From a bacterium (GTDB taxonomy: Bacteria; SZUA-182; DTGQ01; JAFGSM01), in contig JBLIRP010000005.1 in NCBI GenBank assembly GCA_049472355.1, positions 1 to 53,375 on the forward strand: a stretch of 53,375 nt of DNA, in the 5' to 3' direction. Within the stretch, counting starts at the first letter, position 1, and each line of letters starts with the position of its first letter. This document shows, one piece after another, positions 40,338 to 48,608 of the stretch. The position numbers were made by a program, and so were the translations under genes. The notes under the pieces were generated by a model. It saw only the letters and a list, made by a program, of their open reading frames with translations. It was not told the DNA's origin and searched no databases.

Positions 40338-41291
40338 ATGGCCGCAGCAGCACACAAGCAATGGGAGTTGCTCATCATCGGCGGAGGTCCCGCCGGGCTT
40401 ACGGCCGGGATTTATGGCACCAGGAGTGGTCTTAACATCCTCCTGATTGAAGGATCATGCATCGGGGGACAGATTATCAAGACCGATCGGATAGAGAATT
40501 ATCCCGGTTTTCCCCATCCGGTAAAGGGGGCCGAGCTCATGGACGGCATGAGACAGCAGGCGGAGGGGTTCGGATTGCAGGTGCGGGAGTTTGCCAAGGT
40601 CGTTTCCATTGCTGCAGGGAGCGGATTCACCGTGGGCCTGGAAAACGGAGAAACACACCGGTCCGATGCGATTGTCGTGGCCACGGGCACCGAGTACCGG
40701 GACCTTGAGGTCCCTGGCGCAGAACGGTTGATGGGGAGGGGTATTTCCTATTGCGCGACCTGTGACGGGCCCTTTTTCAAGGATGAACCTATCCTGGTCG
40801 TGGGCGGGGGAAATGCAGCCATAGAAGAGGCCATCTATCTGACCCGGTTCGCCTCCGTCGTATATGTCGCCCATCGAAGGGACAGGTTGAGGGCGGATAA
40901 GGTGCTTCAGGACAGGGCCTTCGCCGAGAAAAAGATAACAATGCTTTGGAACAAGGTGGTTCATGAGGTGGTCGGAGCCGAGAGGGTGGAAGGGGTGGTC
41001 CTTGAGGACGTCGTCACTGGGGAGCATTCCGAGCTTTTGGTTTCCGGGGTGTTCGTCTACATCGGAACCACTCCCAACACGGGATTGTTGAAGGGTATTG
41101 TGAAACTCGATGATCAGGGGTATATTATCACAGATCAGCAGATGGCCACCTCCTGCAAAGGGATCTTTGCAGCAGGTGATTGCAGGCAGAAGTCCCTTCG
41201 GCAGGTTGCCACTGCAGTGGGAGAAGGTGCCCTGGCAGCGACCGCTGCATATGAGTATATACAGGAACGTCAGGGGGATCGGGGGCGATGA
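40338..41291 (+). CDS. trxB: Thioredoxin-disulfide reductase
   Basis: GGGPAGL, IENYPGF, SYCATCDG, GGGNAAIEEA, HRRD and IFAAGD motifs. Confidence 0.96.
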   Translation: MAAAAHKQWELLIIGGGPAGLTAGIYGTRSGLNILLIEGSCIGGQIIKTDRIENYPGFPHPVKGAELMDGMRQQAEGFGLQVREFAKVVSIAAGSGFTVGLENGETHRSDAIVVATGTEYRDLEVPGAERLMGRGISYCATCDGPFFKDEPILVVGGGNAAIEEAIYLTRFASVVYVAHRRDRLRADKVLQDRAFAEKKITMLWNKVVHEVVGAERVEGVVLEDVVTGEHSELLVSGVFVYIGTTPNTGLLKGIVKLDDQGYIITDQQMATSCKGIFAAGDCRQKSLRQVATAVGEGALAATAAYEYIQERQGDRGR

Positions 41292-41376
41292 TCACGTGCC
41301 CAGTGCGGGAAGTCGTGAATGCATTGATCCACGACGGCGTAGTCCCTTTAACATTTTTATCAGGAAAGATGTGATC

Positions 41377-42381
41377 ATGGAACAAGAAGCGACAAAGGCA
41401 GCCCTTACGATGCCCGATTGCGTGAATGAACTCATCGGCCACAAGCTGAGTCAGGTCGAGGAATGCATATGTACCTTACTCAAATCGAAGAATCCCCTCC
41501 TCACCAGGATAGGCTCATATATATGCTGCAGCGGCGGTAAACGGATCCGGCCGATTTTTCTCCTCCTTGCCGCTCAAGTGTCGGGATATGAAGGGGATCG
41601 GGATGTTTTTTTGGCCAGCATCATCGAATGTATTCATGCCGCGACCCTTTTGCACGACGATGTCGTCGACCATGCCGCATTCAGGAGAAAGAGCCCGTCC
41701 GCAAACAAGCTGTGGGGGAATCAGCTCCCGGTATTGGTCGGTGATTACCTCTACGCCAAATCCTTTTACTGGCTTGTTGATGACGGCGATTATGCCGTCA
41801 TGTCCACGGTTTCATCCGCAACCGCCAACGTAACGGACGGCGAGATATTTCAACTCCATAAAACGGGGGTTGCCGATCTTTCTGAAGAGGAATACATGTA
41901 CATCATCACCAACAAGACCGCCTCCCTTATTGCGGCATGCTGCAGGATAGGGGGAATATTGGGCGGACTGAGCAGCGCCATGGTGGAGACATTGGAATTG
42001 TTCGGCACTCAGGTGGGGATCGCCTTTCAATTGGTGGACGATGTCCTGGACTTCCTTTCCCATGAAGAGAAACTGGGTAAGCCCACCGGAAACGATCTCC
42101 GGAGCGGGAACGCCACGCTCCCCCTCATCCGTACGCTTTCCCTCGTCGGTAAGGAGGATCGGGCCAGGGTCAGGGAATATATGAAGGAACCGCCCATGAA
42201 CCGTACGAATCTGGAATGGACCCTCAACCTGGTCAGGGAACACAGGGGCGCTGAATATACATTGGAACGGGCCCGTCAGTATATAAGGAACATAAAAAAG
42301 GCCCTCGTCGATTTTGAGGATTGTGCGGCAAAAACGGCGCTCTTGTCGGTTGCAGATTACATTGTGGAAAGAGATTTTTAA
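41377..42381 (+). CDS. Polyprenyl diphosphate synthase
   Basis: GGKRIRP, LLHDDVVD, KTASL, FQLVDDVLD and GKPTGNDL motifs. Confidence 0.93.
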   Translation: MEQEATKAALTMPDCVNELIGHKLSQVEECICTLLKSKNPLLTRIGSYICCSGGKRIRPIFLLLAAQVSGYEGDRDVFLASIIECIHAATLLHDDVVDHAAFRRKSPSANKLWGNQLPVLVGDYLYAKSFYWLVDDGDYAVMSTVSSATANVTDGEIFQLHKTGVADLSEEEYMYIITNKTASLIAACCRIGGILGGLSSAMVETLELFGTQVGIAFQLVDDVLDFLSHEEKLGKPTGNDLRSGNATLPLIRTLSLVGKEDRARVREYMKEPPMNRTNLEWTLNLVREHRGAEYTLERARQYIRNIKKALVDFEDCAAKTALLSVADYIVERDF

Positions 42382-42388
42382 CCGGTTC

Positions 42389-43441
42389 GTGCACAGGTCC
42401 GTTCGTGTAACCCTATCTCGCCTGCTGTATCCAGCCTTGTTCGTACTGTTTCTTCTCTCCTCATCCCTTTCGTGTCTCAACCGAGATCCCTCGAACGGAA
42501 TCCACCGCCGAACCCAGTTTCTTCTGGGAACCGTGGTGGAGGTCACCGTGGTGTCCAGGGACCCGCTTGTTGCAGATTCGGCAATCAGTTCCGCCTTCGA
42601 ACGAATAAGGGAAATCGAGGCCGAAATGAGCGCCAGGCTCCCCGGAAATCAGGTGGATAGCATCGGCAAGCATGCAGGGGAGGGTCCCGTGAGGGTTTCC
42701 AGGGAATTGCTTGCGCTGATCGAGACATGCCGGCGCTATTCCGCACTCACCCATGGAGCCTTTGATATCTCCATTGCTCCGGTAACCAGGTTATGGAAGT
42801 TCGACGCCCCCACAACCATGATCCCCTCCGCAGAAGAGGTGAATGCCGCCCTTTCACTGGTGGGATTTGAAATGATTCATCTCGATCGCAACGAGGGAAC
42901 CATATCGCTTGATCGTCCGGGAATGGGACTGGACCTGGGGGGGGCCGCCAAGGGATATGCGGTGGACGAGGCGGTGCGGAGGCTCAAGGAGTCGGGGATT
43001 ACGGCAGGGATCGTCAATGCAGGTGGAGATCTGAGGTCCTTCGGCATGAAACCTGATGGTACGTCCTGGCATATCGGCATCCAGGACCCGCGGCACCAGG
43101 ACAGGATTATCGGTTCCATCCTCCTCGACGATACGGCATTGGTGACCTCCGGGGACTACGAGCGGTACATCGTCCATGAAGGGGTGCGGTATCATCATAT
43201 CATAGATCCGAAGACGGGCTGGCCTGCAAGGGGATGCATGAGCGTTTCCGTTGCATCCGCCTCGGCATTGGATGCGGACATACTGTCAACCGCGATCTTT
43301 GTCCTCGGCCCGCAGGAGGGAATGGAACTCCTCGAACGTCTTTCCGGCATTGACGGCATGATTGTGGATGCCGACGGCCGGGTTTCCGTCTCATCCGGGT
43401 GGGAAAAAAGACTCAAACTCCACGGCGGTCCTTCGCCATGA
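42389..43441 (+). CDS. apbE: FAD:protein FMN transferase ApbE (lipoprotein)
   Basis: Lipobox-like LSC, LGTVV, GAFDISI, LDLGGAAKGYAVD, NAGGD, TSGDYER, YHHIIDPKTG and ADILST motifs. The start codon is uncertain. Confidence 0.93.
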   Translation: MHRSVRVTLSRLLYPALFVLFLLSSSLSCLNRDPSNGIHRRTQFLLGTVVEVTVVSRDPLVADSAISSAFERIREIEAEMSARLPGNQVDSIGKHAGEGPVRVSRELLALIETCRRYSALTHGAFDISIAPVTRLWKFDAPTTMIPSAEEVNAALSLVGFEMIHLDRNEGTISLDRPGMGLDLGGAAKGYAVDEAVRRLKESGITAGIVNAGGDLRSFGMKPDGTSWHIGIQDPRHQDRIIGSILLDDTALVTSGDYERYIVHEGVRYHHIIDPKTGWPARGCMSVSVASASALDADILSTAIFVLGPQEGMELLERLSGIDGMIVDADGRVSVSSGWEKRLKLHGGPSP

Positions 43442-43833
43442 GCGGCGCCGCCATCGGGTTCCTAAGGAAAACCCTTACCCGGGCGGACCTCGCCGTGATC
43501 ATACTGTTTTCAATCGGCACCCTGTTGAGTTTTTCATTATGGTCTACGAGGGAGGCGGGGCACAGGGCCGTGATTGTGGTTGATGGACAAGAAACAGGGA
43601 CCTTTTCGCTCGATGCTGGTCACACGACGATGCGGTTCGAGGGGGCGGAGGGGCCCTTTTCCATTGAAATAAAGGATGGCAGGGTGAGAATGAAGGATTC
43701 GACCTGTCCGGGCAAATACTGCGTAAAGACGGGGTGGATCGGACGCGAGGGCCAGATGGTCTGCTGCGTCCCGAATCGCGTGATTATAAAAATTATCGAC
43801 GGCACGGAGGCGTACGATGCCCTGGCACGGTGA
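43438..43833 (+). CDS. NusG domain II-containing membrane-anchored protein
   Basis: N-terminal TM, IEIKDGRVRM, STCPGKYCVKTGWI, CCVPNRVII and YDALAR motifs. Confidence 0.88.
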   Translation: MSGAAIGFLRKTLTRADLAVIILFSIGTLLSFSLWSTREAGHRAVIVVDGQETGTFSLDAGHTTMRFEGAEGPFSIEIKDGRVRMKDSTCPGKYCVKTGWIGREGQMVCCVPNRVIIKIIDGTEAYDALAR

Positions 43834-44395
43834 ATCGCATGTGGCTGCCGCATGGAACCAGAGGCATCAAAGGCTGGTGTTTCTCTCCATGATGGTTGCC
43901 TTGGCCATGGTCCTCCAGATACTGGAGAGCGTTCTCCCCAATCCTGCCCCCTGGATTCGACTGGGGCTCGCCAATGTGGTGATCCTGATCGTTCTGAGCA
44001 TCTATGGGATACGAGAGGGGCTCATGGTGACAGGATTGCGGGTAGTCCTCGCTGCAATCCTTCTCGGTACGATTTTCGGTCCAACCTTTTGGCTCAGTCT
44101 CAGTGGCGGCATTGCCAGCACCATCGTCATGGGGACGGCACTCCTTCTTTTTCCACGAGCCTTCAGTCTTATAGGGGTAAGCGTCATCGGCTCCTATACC
44201 CACAACCTGGTTCAATACGCCGTCGCCTCCCTGTTCATCATCCGTCAGCCTGAATTGAGGTATCTCCTGCCGGTCCTTCTTGTCACTGCGCTTGTTGCGG
44301 GCATAACCACCGGCGTCGCGGCGTGTTTGATCCTGGGCATGCTTGAAAGACACTCCATCCGGCATTTTCCATTTTTTATGAATAGTAAGAATTAA
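43817..44395 (+). CDS. Gx transporter / heptaprenyl diphosphate synthase component I-like membrane protein
   Basis: ILESVLP.P.PWIRLGLAN, LSLSGG and SLIGVSVIGSYTHN motifs; typical partner of NusG-II and ApbE. Confidence 0.85.
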   Translation: MPWHGESHVAAAWNQRHQRLVFLSMMVALAMVLQILESVLPNPAPWIRLGLANVVILIVLSIYGIREGLMVTGLRVVLAAILLGTIFGPTFWLSLSGGIASTIVMGTALLLFPRAFSLIGVSVIGSYTHNLVQYAVASLFIIRQPELRYLLPVLLVTALVAGITTGVAACLILGMLERHSIRHFPFFMNSKN

Positions 44396-44427
44396 AATAT
44401 ATAATTAAAATATATAATCGATAGTTA

Positions 44428-44456
44428 TTGACATTTTTCTATTTTTATAATAAAAT
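44428..44456 (+). promoter_or_regulatory. Near-consensus sigma70 promoter
   Basis: TTGACA-N17-TAAAAT with an AT-rich upstream region; predicted TSS near 44463. Confidence 0.75.
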
Positions 44457-44462
44457 TATAAT

Positions 44463-44711
44463 AAAGATCGGTGTACGCCGAATCGTTCCATAGTTTAATC
44501 TCTAAGGGTCTGATTCCCCAAGGTATGTTTCGATACACTAAAACCCTCTGGTGATACCATGAGGGTGCTGCAGGGAGGCTCCCTTGCGAATGAGGTTATC
44601 GTTTTTCCACCTTTGATAAGAATTGAAGCATACACATACTATTGAATATCAGAGAGAGGTTAGAGGGGCTTATTAAAGCGATTGACAGTTGCCTGACAGT
44701 GGCGTAGCGCC
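44463..44711 (+). ncRNA. Candidate structured non-coding RNA of unknown family
   Basis: Five nested long-range helices with several G-U pairs close a junction carrying three hairpins. It starts at a predicted TSS and no ORF covers it. Confidence 0.65.
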
Positions 44712-45051
44712 TACATTATGCAATAGATAGGGAACCATGCAATGTATCCACTATGTGTACCGGAGATGTCATTGACCTGACGTTCCCCGGTCTCCCGAAT
44801 TCCTTCCCAGGCTTTACCAGTCAGTAAGCTCTATGAGAAACCCTTTAACATTCTCCACGGTGTCCGATTACGGCCATGAAGAATAGTCTCTTGTTCGCCG
44901 GATGAATAATCCCTTTTTGATTATTGCCCGTGTCTTCGCGGGCGGTAAGGGCAGGAGGTGATATGCCGGATAGATTGCTCGACAAAAGAGGTTTGGTCGG
45001 ATTGTAATCCAGCGATACATTGGTTTAAGAAATCCAGGGAGGTGGAATACC

Positions 45052-45423
45052 ATGAAAGGCAATGTATTAGCAGCAATTATGGGATCCATTGTAATTATTG
45101 TCCTTGTTTTTGCTTTTGCTGTCCCTTGTTCATCCCAGTTTATCCCTTATCCGTTCTGGATGCCGATAAATCCGTTTTTCTCGCCCACCTTCGGGCTGTT
45201 TCCGGCTGTTTCTCCGGTGACGGCATTTTTTCCTGCATCGTTCAGCCCGGTGCTGGGTCCTTACACCGCATTGCCTTCGTTTGCAAGCAGAAATGCGGCA
45301 GCGACTCTCGTCGTGCTGCCGCCGGCTGCACCTGCGGTGACCGCCTATGCACCCTTGGGTACGCTCAATATCACGCCGTCCAGCCTGGTGTTGCTGATAC
45401 TCTACTTGACACTTGCGGAATAG
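45052..45423 (+). CDS. Secreted hydrophobic Pro/aromatic-rich protein, array member 1
   Basis: SD GGAGGT; signal peptide ...PCSS|Q; RNAAAT motif; only 2 charged residues in the mature part. Confidence 0.8.
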   Translation: MKGNVLAAIMGSIVIIVLVFAFAVPCSSQFIPYPFWMPINPFFSPTFGLFPAVSPVTAFFPASFSPVLGPYTALPSFASRNAAATLVVLPPAAPAVTAYAPLGTLNITPSSLVLLILYLTLAE

Positions 45424-45565
45424 GCGGTGGAGGAATGCACATGGGACGGAAATTCCCATCCATACATAACAATGTTTCAGCCCCTTGTTTGTCCATACTC
45501 ATACGAGGTGATGGGTGAGCCTGATAATGCTGAAATGGACATGCGTTATTGAGAGGTGATTGATA

Positions 45566-46117
45566 ATGAAACCGTCTAAGGGTATTCTGGTTTTTTGTAT
45601 TTGCATCGTGTTTTGTTGGGGGGGGCTGCCCCAAACAGGAACCGCTCAGGGCCTGTTTGGGCCATGGGGGGCTCCGTGGCTGAGTAATCCCTTCTATTCC
45701 CCATTTTCCCTGTACGGTGGGGCATTTCCGCCCTTTTTCGGCAGGAACCCGGGATGGGGTTATCCCTTGCAGCCTGTCATACCCCCCGCTGCAGCGATCC
45801 TTTCTCCTTACCAGCGCAGGCCGAACGCGACCATCATTTTTACTGCCCCCACATTGACGGCCGTGGGCGGGACCGCCCCGGGAGTGATCCTTATCGGCGC
45901 AACAGGGGTGCTGGGTGCAACTGCACCCGTGGTGGCCCCTGCAACGGCGGTCGCCGCATCGGTGCCTCCCAGCCTCATAACCGCAGCCGCCCCGGCCCCT
46001 GCTCCGCTATTGAGCATACTATCGGTGCTGTATGCCAGCGCCCTTCTTGACGGAAAGGCATTGCTTTCCACGGCGAATCCGCTCCTTTTCGCCTATCTCA
46101 CGACGCTGGTTTTATGA
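45566..46117 (+). CDS. Secreted hydrophobic Pro/aromatic-rich protein, array member 2
   Basis: SD GAGGTG; signal peptide ...TGTA|Q; RRPNAT motif; C-terminus paralogous to member 3. Confidence 0.82.
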   Translation: MKPSKGILVFCICIVFCWGGLPQTGTAQGLFGPWGAPWLSNPFYSPFSLYGGAFPPFFGRNPGWGYPLQPVIPPAAAILSPYQRRPNATIIFTAPTLTAVGGTAPGVILIGATGVLGATAPVVAPATAVAASVPPSLITAAAPAPAPLLSILSVLYASALLDGKALLSTANPLLFAYLTTLVL

Positions 46118-46172
46118 GGGACCGCTTTTAACATTGGAGATATATGCATTTGACTGGTAGGAGGTGTCATTC

Positions 46173-46631
46173 ATGATGCGACATGATCGAGAAATCGTGG
46201 TGCTTTTTTGTGTGCTTTTCGTGTGCCTGGTATTCGGTATGTGCGGAAGCTCATCCGCCCAGTATCCGTATCCTTTCAACCCGTTTTTCGCCTACAATCC
46301 CTTTTATTATCCCTATCCGCCGGCGCCCTTTTCCTTTTCTCCGTTGATTCCGACCTATCCCTTTCCGGCTTCTCCGTTGATTTCCCCGTTGTCTTATCCT
46401 GCTCCGCGCATTGGTGCCGCGACCATCATTCTCACCAATCCGACCGCCGGGACGGTGAGCGTATTAAATCCGACTGTTGCTTCGGCACCCGTTTTGAACA
46501 CGGCGGTGACGGCTTCTCCGCCGCCATTGCTCTCTATCCTGGGGATCATTTACACCAGTGCGCTCTATGAGGGGGCATTGAGCACGGCGAATCCCCTGCT
46601 TTTCGCCCTGCTCCAGAGTCTTTTCCTGTGA
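46173..46631 (+). CDS. Secreted hydrophobic Pro/aromatic-rich protein, array member 3
   Basis: SD AGGAGGTG; signal peptide ...SSSA|Q; RIGAAT motif; LSTANPLLFA shared with member 2. Confidence 0.82.
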   Translation: MMRHDREIVVLFCVLFVCLVFGMCGSSSAQYPYPFNPFFAYNPFYYPYPPAPFSFSPLIPTYPFPASPLISPLSYPAPRIGAATIILTNPTAGTVSVLNPTVASAPVLNTAVTASPPPLLSILGIIYTSALYEGALSTANPLLFALLQSLFL

Positions 46632-46699
46632 CATGGGGGGCAGTCGTTTCGAGTAGCATGACATAGGTATTGCCATGGAATGCGAGAAAGGTAGGTCAG

Positions 46700-47497
46700 A
46701 TGGCAATGAGAAGACATAGATGGCTTTATTTCTTCATGATCGTTGTATTGTGTATCTGTATTGGGATTTTCAGGCCAATCCCGCTTGGATCGCAGTTTTC
46801 CGGTTTTACTCTCGCGCCTCCCAATCCTGCGGTGGGATACGGCGGATTATTCAATCCCTATGTGTTCCTGCCGGGCCTCGGTTTAAAGGCTGCGGCATCC
46901 ACCTATTCGCTGAATTCACTTCTTCCGTTTGCCTATGGGGGGTTGGGATTCGGGAATTCATTATTCGGACGCCCGGCAACGGCCATCGGATTATTCAATC
47001 CCTTGTTTGGTTTCGGCACCTCATGGGGACGTACACCCTTTGTGGGGACCTCCTTTGGCACCCCGTTTTCCCTTCCTGGACTCACCTCCGGGATTTCACC
47101 GATTTCCGCATCAGTGCTGCCTGCGGTGAGGGGTGCGGCACAGTCAGGCACCTGGACCGGCAGTTGGCAGAGCACCTATATCGCCTTTATTGTGCTCTGG
47201 AACAGCGGTCCCATGTATCTGAATATCGTCGAGGACCCGCTGCTGGGGGTGGTGACCGGTACCGCCGCGCTTCAGGGAAGCCGGTACGCGAGCATACCCT
47301 TTGCGGTAGACGGGGTCCTGGTAAACGATACCATAAACCTGACGGGATTTCTTGGAACCGGCTATGATATAATGCTCACCTGCATTTTGACCTCGCCAAC
47401 CACCATGACCGGTTTTTATACGGTGTTGGGAACCACCATTCCGGTCATGGATGAGGGGATCATCAATCTCACCATGAATCCCCCTGTTTTATTGTAA
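46700..47497 (+). CDS. Secreted protein, array member 4, with a Gly/Phe-rich tract and a probable C-terminal beta-barrel domain
   Basis: Signal peptide ...PLGS|Q; RGAAQ motif followed by GTWTGSW and alternating beta-strand patterns. Confidence 0.8.
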   Translation: MAMRRHRWLYFFMIVVLCICIGIFRPIPLGSQFSGFTLAPPNPAVGYGGLFNPYVFLPGLGLKAAASTYSLNSLLPFAYGGLGFGNSLFGRPATAIGLFNPLFGFGTSWGRTPFVGTSFGTPFSLPGLTSGISPISASVLPAVRGAAQSGTWTGSWQSTYIAFIVLWNSGPMYLNIVEDPLLGVVTGTAALQGSRYASIPFAVDGVLVNDTINLTGFLGTGYDIMLTCILTSPTTMTGFYTVLGTTIPVMDEGIINLTMNPPVLL

Positions 47498-47632
47498 ATC
47501 CTGATGGTTTGGTTCAGGTAGAGGTGATATGCGCAACGATTGGATAATCATCGAGAGGTTTGCAGGACGATCCCCTTTGAAATGCGCTCATAAGAAGAAA
47601 CAAGGGATGTTTCAGAGCGGAGGTTGATTGGT

Positions 47633-48037
47633 ATGAAGGTTTCACTAATGCTGTTTCTTGTTTGCACAATTTTGTTCATGTGGGTGATGGTATATCCGAT
47701 GCTTGTACATGCACAATTCCTTCCCCCGCTGTTACCCTTTTTTCCGTATCCCCCCTGGTACGTAAACCCGTTTCCTTTCTATCCGTTCGGATATTTCGGG
47801 TTCCCGGTGGTCCCCCGCATTGCCGCCTCACCCCTTCTGGTGGAGCCCAGCCTGAGGTTTGCCAATGCCCCGGTCACCATAACGGTGCCGTCGCTGACCG
47901 TGACCACTCCACCCTTGACCGCAATCGTCAATCTGCTCGATCCTGCGGTCGTGGCAAGCAACATTGCGATACTGACCACCAATTTTCCGCTTTTGTACGA
48001 TGCATTGCTCACCACCTTTCAGTTGCCCGTTATTTAG
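47633..48037 (+). CDS. Secreted hydrophobic Pro/aromatic-rich protein, array member 5
   Basis: SD GGAGGT; signal peptide ...VHA|Q; RIAAS and RFANAP motifs. Confidence 0.82.
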   Translation: MKVSLMLFLVCTILFMWVMVYPMLVHAQFLPPLLPFFPYPPWYVNPFPFYPFGYFGFPVVPRIAASPLLVEPSLRFANAPVTITVPSLTVTTPPLTAIVNLLDPAVVASNIAILTTNFPLLYDALLTTFQLPVI

Positions 48038-48053
48038 GAATGGAGAGATATAT

Positions 48054-48593
48054 ATGAAACGAAGTTTTGCGGCCTTGATGCTCATTGTACTGCTTCTTTG
48101 TGTGAGCACAGTGGCAGGGGCTCAATTTCCCTTCCGGCTGGGATATCCGTATCCCTTTGCGTATTCAATGCCATTCTGGGGTGTCTTTCCCCCTCTCCTG
48201 CCTGCAGGCCCATTTTTTTCGTTCGGGGCCGCACCTCGTCCGCTGTTCCCGGCGCTTGCCCCTCCCGCACCTATGTTACGGCGGGCAAGGGCCACGGTGA
48301 CCATCCTTTTTAATCCGGCCCTGTCGGTTATCCAGGTCACCGTGCTTCCCTTGAGTCCCATCGTACCTGTGGTACCCACGGCCCTAGTGGCACCCACGAC
48401 CACCATTGCACCGGCGCTTCCGCCTTCCGCGCTCCTGCTGCTCCCCTTGCTTTCGGGGCTTGGCACATCAACGCAACCCAACCTCAATTTCAACAGCACC
48501 AGCACGGTGGCTACCCCTGCACCGGCTCCGGTGGTGAACAGCACAAGCAGCGTCGGTCTTACCGGCCTTACCGCACTCCTGCCGTTTATATAG
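48054..48593 (+). CDS. Secreted hydrophobic Pro/aromatic-rich protein, array member 6
   Basis: SD GGAG; signal peptide ...AGA|Q; RRARAT motif; no acidic residues. Confidence 0.82.
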   Translation: MKRSFAALMLIVLLLCVSTVAGAQFPFRLGYPYPFAYSMPFWGVFPPLLPAGPFFSFGAAPRPLFPALAPPAPMLRRARATVTILFNPALSVIQVTVLPLSPIVPVVPTALVAPTTTIAPALPPSALLLLPLLSGLGTSTQPNLNFNSTSTVATPAPAPVVNSTSSVGLTGLTALLPFI

Positions 48594-48608
48594 GGAGAGG
48601 AAACGAGT

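Noticed and set aside
44463..44950. Structured region as a CRISPR array, tmRNA, RNase P, SRP RNA or T-box
   Set aside because: There are no regularly spaced repeats and none of the diagnostic conserved sequences of those RNAs.
45052..48593. Array as classical RiPP, bacteriocin, pilin, gas-vesicle or curli genes
   Set aside because: No modifying enzymes, transporter, immunity gene, double-Gly leader, prepilin site, GvpA motif or curlin repeats are visible.
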